The notes below the pieces were generated by a model. It saw only the letters and a program-made list of their open reading frames with translations, searched no databases and was not told where the DNA came from. DNA of 34,297 bases, taken from the IMG/VR virus record IMGVR_UViG_3300008012_000010; one strand, written 5' to 3'. Made by a program: the position numbers and the translations under genes. Below, piece after piece: positions 1 to 8,480 of this stretch. Source of the stretch: a virus. The stretch's first letter is position 1. Each line of letters begins with the position of its first letter.

Positions 1-122
1 AGTCTCAGAGAATAGACACTTGGTGAATTTCATATTGAGTCAGCATCCAGATGTGATGATCAATGCAGACAAGTGTCCACAACTGGTGATTGATTGTCAA
101 TATGTGGAGGCAGATGATGAAG
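1..122. repeat. Terminal direct repeat, copy 1 (identical to 34176-34297); signature of a circularly closed or terminally redundant genome of 34,175 unique bp
   Basis: Read directly: agtctcagagaatagacacttggtgaatttcatattgag... at 1-122 recurs base for base from 34176 to the last base (offset 34175). Confidence 0.95.
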
Positions 123-244
123 GAAATATTTTGAAAAAGAACAGAAACAAAGAGAGTCAAAGAGCTGACCATGCTGATGCTTTCAGATACTTGCTCAATG
201 CTTTCATCGGTGATTTCGTCATCAAGCCAAAAAAGTATATATAA
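2..244 (+). CDS. terL: Terminase large subunit, C-terminal end of the nuclease domain (5' part lies at 33126-34297 across the circular junction)
   Basis: Track ORF 20..244 is open back to base 2. VSENRHLVNFILSQHPDVMINADKCPQLVIDCQYVE...RADHADAFRYLLNAF carries the C-terminal catalytic Asp motif (DHxxDAxRY) typical of TerL RNase H-like nucleases. Stop TAA 242-244. Confidence 0.85.
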   Translation, partial: VSENRHLVNFILSQHPDVMINADKCPQLVIDCQYVEADDEGNILKKNRNKESQRADHADAFRYLLNAFIGDFVIKPKKYI

Positions 245-276
245 AAAAACAGAGACATCATCAATCTTTTTGGTTG

Positions 277-284
277 TAAATTTG
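277..284 (+). promoter_or_regulatory. Bacteroidota-type -7 promoter box TAnnTTTG (taaatttg)
   Basis: Exact match to TAnnTTTG in the 54-nt gap after terL, 15 nt upstream of ATG 299. Confidence 0.4.
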
Positions 285-298
285 TAAAAAACATCATC

Positions 299-673
299 AT
301 GTCTTGTGAAATAGCACATTTCCAAAATGTCAATTGCTCTGTTGACACAATCACATTTGCTGAAGTTGAAACACCATCTGCTGGGTATCAGATCCAGATC
401 ACCAATCCAAACACCAAAAAGTCTTGGTTTATCACAATTGATGGTGATGTCAATGAGCTTGTTGCAGCAAGCATCACAACCACATTTGATGTTGGTGTGC
501 CTTATGAGTTTGAGATATTTGATACACTTGACTCACAGCAAAAAGGTGCTGTGTCATTCAATGCTGCTCAGATTGGAGCAACAACATATCCATTCACAAA
601 AGGTGTGTTGACATTCAACAATGTCATTGATGGAACAACACCAACATCTGCAATCTTAACATTGAAACCATGA
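299..673 (+). CDS. Hypothetical protein (124 aa), probably virion-associated by position
   Basis: Track ORF with ATG start after a promoter-like box. Its stop overlaps the next start (ATGA 670-673). No motif recognised. Confidence 0.55.
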   Translation: MSCEIAHFQNVNCSVDTITFAEVETPSAGYQIQITNPNTKKSWFITIDGDVNELVAASITTTFDVGVPYEFEIFDTLDSQQKGAVSFNAAQIGATTYPFTKGVLTFNNVIDGTTPTSAILTLKP

Positions 674-966
674 TTGACTTTCTGATTTTTTCTCTTATCA
701 CATCACTCTGGTGTCTTGGTGTATATCGTTCAAGCTTTCCAGAGATGATTCTTGAGCCACTTGACAAGCTGTTGAGCAAGTTGCCATCATTCTTGTACAA
801 GCCATTGATTGGATGCATATTTTGCATGGCATCAGCTCACACTGCTCTTGTTTGGCTCTTGTGGACATTCTCAGCATCAGAGCCAATCCCAGTGATTCAA
901 ATCATCATTGCAATGCCAGTTGTGAGTATTCTCAATGGCATCATTGCTCAAATAGTGCCAGAATAA
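670..966 (+). CDS. Small integral membrane protein (98 aa, about 3 TM segments, GCxFC motif)
   Basis: Track ORF. Hydrophobic stretches FLIFSLITSLWCLGV, LIGCIFCMASAHTALVWLLW and VIQIIIAMPVVSILNGIIA. ATGA overlap upstream and TAATG overlap downstream. Confidence 0.6.
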   Translation: MIDFLIFSLITSLWCLGVYRSSFPEMILEPLDKLLSKLPSFLYKPLIGCIFCMASAHTALVWLLWTFSASEPIPVIQIIIAMPVVSILNGIIAQIVPE

Positions 967-1079
967 TGCCTTGTGTTAAGTGTGCCAATGGCAAGTGGAG
1001 ACTTGGATCATCCTCTTGCAGATACAAAAGCAAATCATCATGTGAGCGATCACAAAAAGCATATAAAACAAAATCATGA
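966..1079 (+). CDS. Possible 37-aa Cys-rich basic micro-protein (MPCVKCANGKWRLGSSSCRYKSKSSCERSQKAYKTKS)
   Basis: ATG 966 overlaps the preceding TAA (TAATG) and its stop overlaps the next start (ATGA 1076-1079). It exactly fills the gap between two genes. CxxC...C...C pattern. Confidence 0.35.
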   Translation: MPCVKCANGKWRLGSSSCRYKSKSSCERSQKAYKTKS

Positions 1080-1711
1080 ATAAATTCATCAAATGGTTGT
1101 ACAGCCTTGCACCAAGACAATTCAATGTTCTTGTCTATGAGACAACAATGAATCACAAAGATTGGAGAGAGCATTGCGAAGTGGCTTTCATTGATACTGA
1201 TGGCACAAAATACTGGAGATATAAGCCAGACTACAAAATGCCAATTCAAAGGATGAGCTATGTTGACACCTTAAAGTTGCAATATGTTCAAGCATGGGGC
1301 GCACAAGAACAACAGCTATTTGATCAGAGACTTGATGATCTATTTCAAGAGCTTGAGAAAGACAAAGGTCTTGGATCATATTACAAGAAACTTGCAAATC
1401 TCAAGTCATTGCTTGATGAAAAAAGAATGAGAGAGAGTCACATCATTCAAACAGACATCTTGATTGAGATGGTTGCTTGCTTGTTGATCAGAGATGATGA
1501 GAATCCAACAGAAGTGAATGAAAAAGTCTTGGCTCAGAAAGTAGAAACTTTCAAAAAAAAAGTCAATTTCAGCTTTCTCAAACAGATGCATATCTTGGAA
1601 TGGATGGGCTTGTCACATCTTACAGAAAAAGAATTTTCTCAGCTTTGGGATCTGAGCCAAAAGCATCTGAGTCAGAAAATAAACAGATTGAACTCTATCA
1701 CCAAAGAGTGA
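1076..1711 (+). CDS. Tail assembly chaperone (lambda gpG-like, 0-frame product, 211 aa)
   Basis: Lies immediately upstream of the tape measure gene. Contains an A9 slippery run and an overlapping -1 frame ORF that ends at the tape measure start. Confidence 0.65.
   Translation: MNKFIKWLYSLAPRQFNVLVYETTMNHKDWREHCEVAFIDTDGTKYWRYKPDYKMPIQRMSYVDTLKLQYVQAWGAQEQQLFDQRLDDLFQELEKDKGLGSYYKKLANLKSLLDEKRMRESHIIQTDILIEMVACLLIRDDENPTEVNEKVLAQKVETFKKKVNFSFLKQMHILEWMGLSHLTEKEFSQLWDLSQKHLSQKINRLNSITKE
1553..1561 (+). promoter_or_regulatory. Slippery sequence for programmed -1 ribosomal frameshift (A AAA AAA in the 0 frame: ttc aaa aaa aaa gtc)
   Basis: Nine consecutive A at 1553-1561. The 0-frame codons are AAA AAA AAA (FKKKV). 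The -1 frame is open from 1522 to 1866. Confidence 0.6.
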
Positions 1712-1866
1712 TTTTTGACAAGCTGCAAGGTGAGAGATCAAATCTCTGGGCATTGGCTGATCAAGACATTGCAAAATTTGATTTAATTTTGAGTCAATCT
1801 GTTGAACAAGTCACTGAGTTGATCATGTTCAAAATCAAAGAATCAAAAAAGCAATCAAATGGCTGA
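1561..1866 (+). CDS. -1 frame extension of the tail assembly chaperone (gpT-like part of a G-T fusion; about 162 aa of 0 frame plus about 101 aa)
   Basis: Track ORF 1600..1866 is in the -1 frame relative to 1076..1711. Its stop, TGA 1864-1866, overlaps the tape measure ATG 1859. Confidence 0.55.
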   Translation, partial: SQFQLSQTDAYLGMDGLVTSYRKRIFSALGSEPKASESENKQIELYHQRVIFDKLQGERSNLWALADQDIAKFDLILSQSVEQVTELIMFKIKESKKQSNG

Positions 1867-3835
1867 TGATGTAATACTGGCAAAATATAGACTTGAGCTT
1901 GATGGATTCAAGAAAGACATTGATGAAATCAATCAAAAGTTTGACAAGACTCAGAAAGATACAACTCAAAGAGCTGACAGAATTGGAAAGTCATTTGAAA
2001 AAGTAGGTGGCATGATTGCTGGTGCATTTGCTGTTGATCAGCTTGTGCAATTTGGCAAAGAGATCATCAGAGTGACTGGTGAGTTTCAAAAGTTTGAAGC
2101 TGTTCTCACAAACACTCTTGGATCAAATAGTGCTGCACAACTGGCAATGGCTGAGATTGTGCAATTTGCAGCCACAACACCATTTCAAGTTGCAGAGCTG
2201 ACTGATGCTTTTGTCAAGCTTGCAAATCAAGGTTTCAGACCAACACAAGATGAAATGAGAAAGCTTGGTGATGTTGCTGCATCAACTGGCAAGTCTTTTG
2301 ATCAGCTAACTGAGGCAATAATTGATGCACAAGTTGGTGAGTTTGAAAGACTCAAAGAGTTTGGCATCAGAGCCCAAAAGCAAGGAGATCAAGTCACATT
2401 CACATTCAAAGAGGTTGAGACACAAGTTGATTTCACTGCTGACTCTATCAGAGAATATGTGTTGAGTCTTGGTGAGCTTGAAGGTGTGTCTGGAGCAACA
2501 GATGCAATTGCAAAGACTCTCATTGGTCAGATTTCAATGCTGAAAGACAGTGTTGATCTTTTAATGGTCAGCATTGGCAATGGCACATCTGGAGCTTTGG
2601 TGGATTTCATTCAATCACTAAATGAGATTGTCACTGACACAAGACAGATCATTGAGTTGAATGATGGATGGTGGAAATCAGCATTGAGAGTGGTGTTGAA
2701 AATCAATCCAGCACTGAGTGATGCTGCTGATTTGCTTGATGAGACTGTTGAAAAACAAATTGAACTCAACAATGAGCTTGAAAGGTCAGAGCTTGCAGCA
2801 AAAGCATCAGCAGAGGCAATGGATGAGTTGAGTGATGCAATAAAAAACACAGCTCTTGACATGGATCTCTTGGCAGAGACTTTCACTGATACTGATGATT
2901 CAATTGGCTCATTGGCTGAACAGATAAAACTCACCAAAGAATTTCAAAAGAATTTCAATGAGGAGTCTGAGAGATATGCTGAATTACAAATCAAGATATG
3001 GCAACTTGAGCAACAAAGAGCTGACAATCTTGATTCAATAAGAGAGAAATATGATGCTCTAAACAGAACAGCAACTGTTGAAACAGAGATCACTCAAAAA
3101 CAAATTAAAAACTTAGACAAAAGAGCTGAGGTGACAAGAGAAGTTGTTCAAGTTTCAGTTAATGAGGAAGCTGCTGCAAGATTGAGAATGCAACAAGAGG
3201 AAGATAGAAGACAACATTTGCATGAGGAAAATATGTTGCAACTAAATGAATCAAGTCAAGTTGCTGCTGCATCATTCAATGCTCTTGGTGTCATTCTCAA
3301 CTCATTCAACAACAACTCCAAAGAGATGGCTCTCTTTCAGATTGGCATTGGTCAAGCTGAGGCAATTGCCAACTTTCTTGTTGCGACATCAAAAGGTGCA
3401 AGAAAGGATGCTGAACAAGGAAATGCAGCAGCAATTGCATCAACACTTGGCGCAATAGCAACATTCACAGCAATCACAATTGCAAACATATCACAAGCAA
3501 GAAAAATTGCTCAGTCAGAAGATGTGCCAAGATTTTATGAAGGTACAGAATATTTGACTGGTGCAAGAGGCAAAGATCAGATTCCAGTGCTTGCCAACTA
3601 TGGTGAGAGAATCATTCCAACACTTGACAATGCAAGAATTGGCAGAGACCTCAGCAACAAAGAGCTTGTTGATGCTGCATTGATTTACAAAGCATTGAGA
3701 AAAGCTGGTGGATCTGGTGTGCCAATTGATTATGGTCAGCTTGCAAAGATTGAGAGAAAAGGTGTGATGACTATTGTCAACAAGCTTGATGAGCTGAAAG
3801 CCAAGCCAAAATATAAAACAGCAACATTGCAATGA
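1859..3835 (+). CDS. Tail tape measure protein (658 aa, TP901-family core region)
   Basis: N-terminal region LTNTLGSNSAAQLAMAEIVQFAATTPFQVAELTDAFVKLANQGF...LGDVAASTGKSFDQLTEAI resembles the conserved tape-measure core. Long coiled-coil middle section. Follows the G/GT pair. Confidence 0.9.
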   Translation: MADDVILAKYRLELDGFKKDIDEINQKFDKTQKDTTQRADRIGKSFEKVGGMIAGAFAVDQLVQFGKEIIRVTGEFQKFEAVLTNTLGSNSAAQLAMAEIVQFAATTPFQVAELTDAFVKLANQGFRPTQDEMRKLGDVAASTGKSFDQLTEAIIDAQVGEFERLKEFGIRAQKQGDQVTFTFKEVETQVDFTADSIREYVLSLGELEGVSGATDAIAKTLIGQISMLKDSVDLLMVSIGNGTSGALVDFIQSLNEIVTDTRQIIELNDGWWKSALRVVLKINPALSDAADLLDETVEKQIELNNELERSELAAKASAEAMDELSDAIKNTALDMDLLAETFTDTDDSIGSLAEQIKLTKEFQKNFNEESERYAELQIKIWQLEQQRADNLDSIREKYDALNRTATVETEITQKQIKNLDKRAEVTREVVQVSVNEEAAARLRMQQEEDRRQHLHEENMLQLNESSQVAAASFNALGVILNSFNNNSKEMALFQIGIGQAEAIANFLVATSKGARKDAEQGNAAAIASTLGAIATFTAITIANISQARKIAQSEDVPRFYEGTEYLTGARGKDQIPVLANYGERIIPTLDNARIGRDLSNKELVDAALIYKALRKAGGSGVPIDYGQLAKIERKGVMTIVNKLDELKAKPKYKTATLQ

Positions 3836-5628
3836 TATACAGATTCACTTTTGACCCAGATGGCTCACCACAAGTTGTTGATGATCCGATCAATTGGAAT
3901 GACTCAGAGCTGTCAATTGAGAGAGACAATGACATCAAAGGCATCTTTTATCAATACACAGCCAATCTTGAGTGGGTTGGCTCTGCTTATTCATACATTG
4001 ATGCACTTGACACTGCATCTGATTGCTGGGAATTTGATGTGCTGATTGAGTTCAAAGTCAATCCAGATGATGCATTTCAAACACTTTTTAATGGTCGCAT
4101 TTACAGCTATGATGTAGAGTTTGACTTGCAAAAGCAGATTGCAAAATGCAAGATTGTTGATCAGAATTTGACTCAGATCATACTTGACAGACAAGATTTG
4201 ACAATCAACTCTGGTTCAAATAAAACTCTTAATGGTTCAACAATTAGTGGATTGACACCAACATCAATCTCATTGTCAGCAGTTGCTGGTGATGACTCAA
4301 ACACAGCATCATCTCCAATGTATTATGTTGATGATGTTGTTGAGCATATTGTGAAATCAATCACTGATGATCAAGTTGCATTTGATAGTGATTGGTTGCA
4401 AACAGATGAAAATCAAGTTGCCAGATGGAGATTGACAGTTGGTTCAATTGCTCTCTCATCAACATTCACAATCATAATGCAGACAGACATTGGTCTTTTC
4501 ACTGGATCTGAGACAAATGCAACTGGCTCAACAGATACAACAGTTTTTGTGTGTCTTGTGAGAGATGTGATCAGTGATTCATCAGTGACTGGAAAAACAT
4601 TTGATATGGGCGCACCATTTAGAGTTCAAAAAATTGGATCTGGAGTCTATGAGATATTTTCTGCATTTGACATCAGTGCAATCACAATCAGTGGTGGCAC
4701 AATCAACAGCACCCAGAAAATAAATGACACAACAACAGGCATGAGAGGACTTGCAATCTCTCTTGGCTCAGTAATCAGATACAATTGGGCTGGCACTGCT
4801 GTCACTGGTGTAGTAAAATTATCACTTGCAGACTGCTTGAGAGAGTTGAACAGATTTTTTGATGTTACATTCAAAATATTTGATGATGGTGGCACACCAA
4901 CAATGAAGCTTGAGAAAACAGAAACATTTTTTGATCAAGCCTCACCAGCATCTGTGACAATCACTGGTGTGAGAAATATTTCAGCAAGGAGAAACAGTGA
5001 TTTCAAACTCAACTCAATCAATCAATCTGATGGTGCTGATACATTTCAGACAGACACCATTGCATTTGCTGGAACAAGCCCAGACACATTGATGATTGAT
5101 GAAAACACTCATCAACCAAGAGCATATGTGTCAACAGAGCAATGTGGTCAGTCTGCTGTGAATGCAGAAAACACATGGACAGCAAGCAATCAAGCTATTG
5201 ATTCATTGATACAAAATCAAGAGCATTTTGACAACACTTTTGTGGTAATTGATACAAACAAATCAACAAACAGTGCAAGATTGTACTTGGTCAGCAACTT
5301 GACTATTGGATTGACAATCACACCAGCTTTCAGATTATACAATGCTTTTCTTGGTACACTTTGGAGACAAAAATATTGGATGGTATCAACTGGCAAACAA
5401 GTGAAATCTGAGAATGTAGAGTTTGACAATGACACCATCATTCTTGACAAAGAATATGAGTTTACAGCACCAATCTCACAAGTTGATGTCAATGCTATTG
5501 TTGCAGATCCATCAGTGAAAATCTCTGTGAGTGGTGAAGGTCTCACAGCAACAGATATGTGGATTCTCTCAATGTCTGTTGATATTAAAACTGGTTTAGT
5601 ACAATTTAAAACAATTTCAAATGAGTAA
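3832..5628 (+). CDS. Tail-tip/baseplate protein (598 aa; distal-tail-protein position)
   Basis: ATGA overlap with the tape measure stop. Assigned by synteny only (first gene after the tape measure). Ser/Thr/Asn-rich segments. Confidence 0.45.
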   Translation: MIYRFTFDPDGSPQVVDDPINWNDSELSIERDNDIKGIFYQYTANLEWVGSAYSYIDALDTASDCWEFDVLIEFKVNPDDAFQTLFNGRIYSYDVEFDLQKQIAKCKIVDQNLTQIILDRQDLTINSGSNKTLNGSTISGLTPTSISLSAVAGDDSNTASSPMYYVDDVVEHIVKSITDDQVAFDSDWLQTDENQVARWRLTVGSIALSSTFTIIMQTDIGLFTGSETNATGSTDTTVFVCLVRDVISDSSVTGKTFDMGAPFRVQKIGSGVYEIFSAFDISAITISGGTINSTQKINDTTTGMRGLAISLGSVIRYNWAGTAVTGVVKLSLADCLRELNRFFDVTFKIFDDGGTPTMKLEKTETFFDQASPASVTITGVRNISARRNSDFKLNSINQSDGADTFQTDTIAFAGTSPDTLMIDENTHQPRAYVSTEQCGQSAVNAENTWTASNQAIDSLIQNQEHFDNTFVVIDTNKSTNSARLYLVSNLTIGLTITPAFRLYNAFLGTLWRQKYWMVSTGKQVKSENVEFDNDTIILDKEYEFTAPISQVDVNAIVADPSVKISVSGEGLTATDMWILSMSVDIKTGLVQFKTISNE

Positions 5629-6829
5629 AACAGACGCAATCATCAAAGCACAGCCAATCAGATTCTTTGATGAGTTTGACACAGAGCTGATTGATGAAAC
5701 TGATCTTGCTCAGTTTGCAGTTTTATATAAAACAACAGACTTGATCAAGTTTCAAACCAAGCAAGTCAATGAACTTTGGTACAATCAAAAATTCACTGAC
5801 AACAATCAACCATCAAATCTCACAAACTGGTCACAATACAACTCTGGTGTTGACTCATCATGGTCAGTGAGCTTGTGCAGTGGTGACAACTCATTCACAG
5901 TCTCAAAAAGCTCTGGCTCAAACTCAACAGTTCTATATCAGCAGCTTGAATTGACAAATGGCTCTTGGTATAGATTCAAAATAGATGTGTGTGCATTTGC
6001 CACATCTGATCTTGATCTTGAGATACAGACATCAGCCAATGGTGCTGCTGGTGGTTGGACAGAGAGAGCTGCAATCACTATCAACACAACAGGAGAGCTT
6101 GAGACATTCTTTCAATGGACTGGTGGAACTGGTGCTGTTGATGTTGGTTTCCAACTCACATCTGCTGGCACAGCCACAGCATTGCAGATGACAAGAGTGA
6201 GATTGCAAGAGATTGACATGATTCTTGTGAAATGCAGTGATGAGAGTGAGATTGCAATCACTGCTGAGACAATGGATGAGAATTACATCACTTTTGAAAT
6301 CAATGCATTGACTGAGAATCTTGATGAAAACACACCATATTATTTCAATTCCAACACATCTGCTGGCATTGGAAAGTCAGTTCAATTTATCATCACTGAT
6401 GAAAAGTTCTATCAGATGCAATTCTCACACACTGGTGATGGTGTTTTTGGATTGAAATGGTCAGACATCAGCTCAAGCACATTGACATTTGGACTCAAGA
6501 AATTGCAAGTTGGTCAAGCTGTATTTGAAAATGAAGATGGTCAGACATATCAAAACAGCTCTGAGCAATGGCGCAACTTGTACAGCCAGATCAATAAAAA
6601 AGTGACTATTGCAACAGATGTTGTGCCTTGGTATGTCCATGAATGTTTGGCATATTTGACAAATGTGAACAATTTCACCATTGAGCTGAATGGCGATTCA
6701 AGAAGATTTGTCAAGACTGCTGATGAATATTCACCAAATTATAATGGTTATGAGCAAGCTGCTGTCTCATTCACTTGCTATGAGGCAGAGCAATCAACAG
6801 GCATTGTGAAAAACTCTGGAAATATTTAG
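5621..6829 (+). CDS. Tail-tip protein with a carbohydrate-binding-module-like central region (402 aa; host-recognition candidate)
   Basis: 8-nt overlap with the previous gene. The segment WSQYNSG...SWYRFKIDVCAFATSDLDLEIQTS...GWTERAAITINTTGELETFFQWTGG resembles CBM/galactose-binding-like jelly rolls. Followed by a terminator. Confidence 0.4.
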   Translation: MSKTDAIIKAQPIRFFDEFDTELIDETDLAQFAVLYKTTDLIKFQTKQVNELWYNQKFTDNNQPSNLTNWSQYNSGVDSSWSVSLCSGDNSFTVSKSSGSNSTVLYQQLELTNGSWYRFKIDVCAFATSDLDLEIQTSANGAAGGWTERAAITINTTGELETFFQWTGGTGAVDVGFQLTSAGTATALQMTRVRLQEIDMILVKCSDESEIAITAETMDENYITFEINALTENLDENTPYYFNSNTSAGIGKSVQFIITDEKFYQMQFSHTGDGVFGLKWSDISSSTLTFGLKKLQVGQAVFENEDGQTYQNSSEQWRNLYSQINKKVTIATDVVPWYVHECLAYLTNVNNFTIELNGDSRRFVKTADEYSPNYNGYEQAAVSFTCYEAEQSTGIVKNSGNI

Positions 6830-6899
6830 TACATTTGATTTCTGATTTTATTCATAGCCCAAAAGTTCATTCTTGAAATTTTCTTAATGCCCAAAGAAA

Positions 6900-6928
6900 G
6901 TCAGCTCACCCAGAGTTGACTTTTTTTT
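6900..6928 (+). terminator. Rho-independent terminator closing the terL-to-tail-tip unit
   Basis: Stem gtcagctc / gagttgac (8 bp, one G-U pair), loop accca, followed by eight T (6921-6928). Confidence 0.8.
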
Positions 6929-6929
6929 A

Positions 6930-6937
6930 TATTTTTG
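6930..6937 (+). promoter_or_regulatory. Bacteroidota-type -7 promoter box TAnnTTTG (tatttttg)
   Basis: Exact TAnnTTTG directly after the terminator in a 190-nt non-coding gap, 84 nt upstream of ATG 7021. Confidence 0.4.
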
Positions 6938-7020
6938 TCAAAGCTGAATGAAAGTGGCTTGATCTCACCAGCCATCAGAAAAGGTGAATAATTTTTTTTC
7001 AAATTCTAAAATTCAAAAAA

Positions 7021-7569
7021 ATGAGTTTAGAAAAATATTGCTTTGGTGAGATTGGAGATCATGAAGTGATTTGTGGAAATGAAAGATTGTTTGGTGGCAT
7101 CAAGTCAATTGCTTTGATCAAACCAAATCAAACAACAATCACTGATTTCACATCCAATGCTGAGTGGGATGCTGCAATTGCAGATGGCTCAGTCAAAATC
7201 ATCAAGGAAATAAGAGGCGAATATGCTCAAGCATCAGAGACAACATCTGAATCTGAGGTTGCTGGATTGCCAGACAGAGTTGATTCTTTCTCTCATGTGC
7301 TTACATGGAGAGACAGAGCAGTGACTGCTGGAAATTCAACTTTGTATGATGACTTGAATGAGTACACTGCTGGTGGAGTTGTATGGTATGAGCCAAAAAA
7401 CAGCACCATCAAGATTGTTGATGCAATTGATGTGAATTTCATGGCAAAACTTGAAGTTCTTGCAGATGACAAGACAGTTCAAGTGTATGCTGCACAAGCA
7501 ATGTGGGACACAATCAAGTTGCCAGTGCCAAGTGCTGCACCATCTAATGCAGATGAAATCTTTGATTGA
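7021..7569 (+). CDS. Virion structural protein (182 aa); possibly the major tail protein
   Basis: Track ORF and first gene of a new transcription unit (terminator plus promoter box upstream, A-rich leader). No catalytic motif. The tail-tube assignment is a guess from size and expression context. Confidence 0.35.
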   Translation: MSLEKYCFGEIGDHEVICGNERLFGGIKSIALIKPNQTTITDFTSNAEWDAAIADGSVKIIKEIRGEYAQASETTSESEVAGLPDRVDSFSHVLTWRDRAVTAGNSTLYDDLNEYTAGGVVWYEPKNSTIKIVDAIDVNFMAKLEVLADDKTVQVYAAQAMWDTIKLPVPSAAPSNADEIFD

Positions 7570-8417
7570 TGAGCAAAGAACAAAATATGGTTTCTCAAGG
7601 AGTCACATTGATGGCTTTTGGGAAACCTATTTTCTTTGAATTTGCATTCAACATGGCTTTGAGTTTGAGAAAGCACTCACCAAATGTGCCAATTCAGCTC
7701 ATACATGATCATTACATCAAAGAGCTTGGTGACAGAGCAAAAATCTTTGATGTGCTGACAGACATCAGTTCTCAAGCATACACAGACAACAAACGCATTC
7801 AAGCTGGCAAAGGCAAGCTCTCAATGTATTCACTTTTGCATTTTGATGAAACATTGTATCTTGATGTTGATGGTGTTGTGTTGCAAGACATCTCACCATT
7901 GTTTGATCAAGAGCAAGATTTCAAGATCCAAAAAGATGCAATGCACTGGGTTGATGATCATGATGGTGTTGCGAAGCAATACAACTTGAAAGAGCAAGCA
8001 ATTGGTTGCAACTCATCAATCATGTTTGTGAGAAAGAGCAAGACAACAAAAAAACTCTTTGTTGATGCTTTGAAAGCTATTGATGAGCCATTTGAAAACA
8101 TGGCAACAGAGTGGTTTCATGGTATGCATCCAGATGAGTTGTATCTTGGCATCTCAATGAGCAAGAACAATCTTGCTGATGTTTACTTTGAGACAAGGTT
8201 TCCAGTCTATTTTCAAAGGAGAATTGACTATCATATCAACAAAAGTGTTGATGATGTAAAAAAAGACTTTTTTGTTCTTGGTTGCTATGGTAACCACAGA
8301 TACAATCACAGATTTGTGTATGATTTGTATCAGAGAGAGAACAGATCAAACTGGAGAGAGATCATTGGAATGTCACCAAGAAAAGACATTCACAAACTTA
8401 TGAGATATAAACACTGA
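7569..8417 (+). CDS. Glycosyltransferase, GT-A fold, GT8-like (282 aa)
   Basis: ATG 7569 overlaps the upstream TGA (TGATG); the track start at 7566 is TTG. VTLMAFGKP..., KLSMYSLLHFDETLYLDVDGVVLQDISPLF with a DxD motif, as in the glycogenin/LgtC-type nucleotide-sugar transferases. Confidence 0.6.
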   Translation: MSKEQNMVSQGVTLMAFGKPIFFEFAFNMALSLRKHSPNVPIQLIHDHYIKELGDRAKIFDVLTDISSQAYTDNKRIQAGKGKLSMYSLLHFDETLYLDVDGVVLQDISPLFDQEQDFKIQKDAMHWVDDHDGVAKQYNLKEQAIGCNSSIMFVRKSKTTKKLFVDALKAIDEPFENMATEWFHGMHPDELYLGISMSKNNLADVYFETRFPVYFQRRIDYHINKSVDDVKKDFFVLGCYGNHRYNHRFVYDLYQRENRSNWREIIGMSPRKDIHKLMRYKH

Positions 8418-8479
8418 TGAAACTGAATTTGAACAAGAGCAACAAACGCAAAGGTTGTGGTTGCGGAAAAAAGAAATAA
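8417..8479 (+). CDS. Possible 20-aa basic micro-ORF (MKLNLNKSNKRKGCGCGKKK)
   Basis: ATG overlaps the upstream TGA (TGATG). TAA 8477-8479 is followed one nt later by the portal ATG 8481. It exactly fills the intergenic gap. Confidence 0.2.
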   Translation: MKLNLNKSNKRKGCGCGKKK

Positions 8480-8480
8480 A

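Noticed and set aside
1600-1866. ORF 1600..1866 as an independent 88-aa gene
   Set aside because: It overlaps the 3' end of 1076..1711 in the -1 frame, with an A9 slippery run upstream, and ends at the tape measure start. It is better explained as the frameshift extension of the chaperone.
5217-5639. Minus-strand ORFs in the track, for example 5217..5639 (140 aa), 5..325, 2611..2937, 3515..3832, 10925..11242 and 30352..30651
   Set aside because: Every one is nested antisense inside a strong + strand gene. They have Cys/Ser/Leu/Phe/His-rich low-information composition and no independent promoter or start context. The genome is otherwise strictly unidirectional.
6830-7020. tRNA or small RNA gene in the 190-nt gap (and in 31441-31711)
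   Set aside because: I could not build a cloverleaf and found no T-loop GTTCRA-type motif. The gap is explained by the terminator, the promoter box and an A/T-rich leader.
8457-8480. Upstream non-ATG (TTG/GTG) starts used by the ORF track (8457, 7566, 12628, 14408, 26517, 28838, 32530, 32735)
   Set aside because: In each case an in-frame ATG a few codons downstream gives the typical ATGA/TGATG coupling or avoids a hairpin, so the ATG was preferred. TTG 19195 was retained only because no nearby ATG exists.
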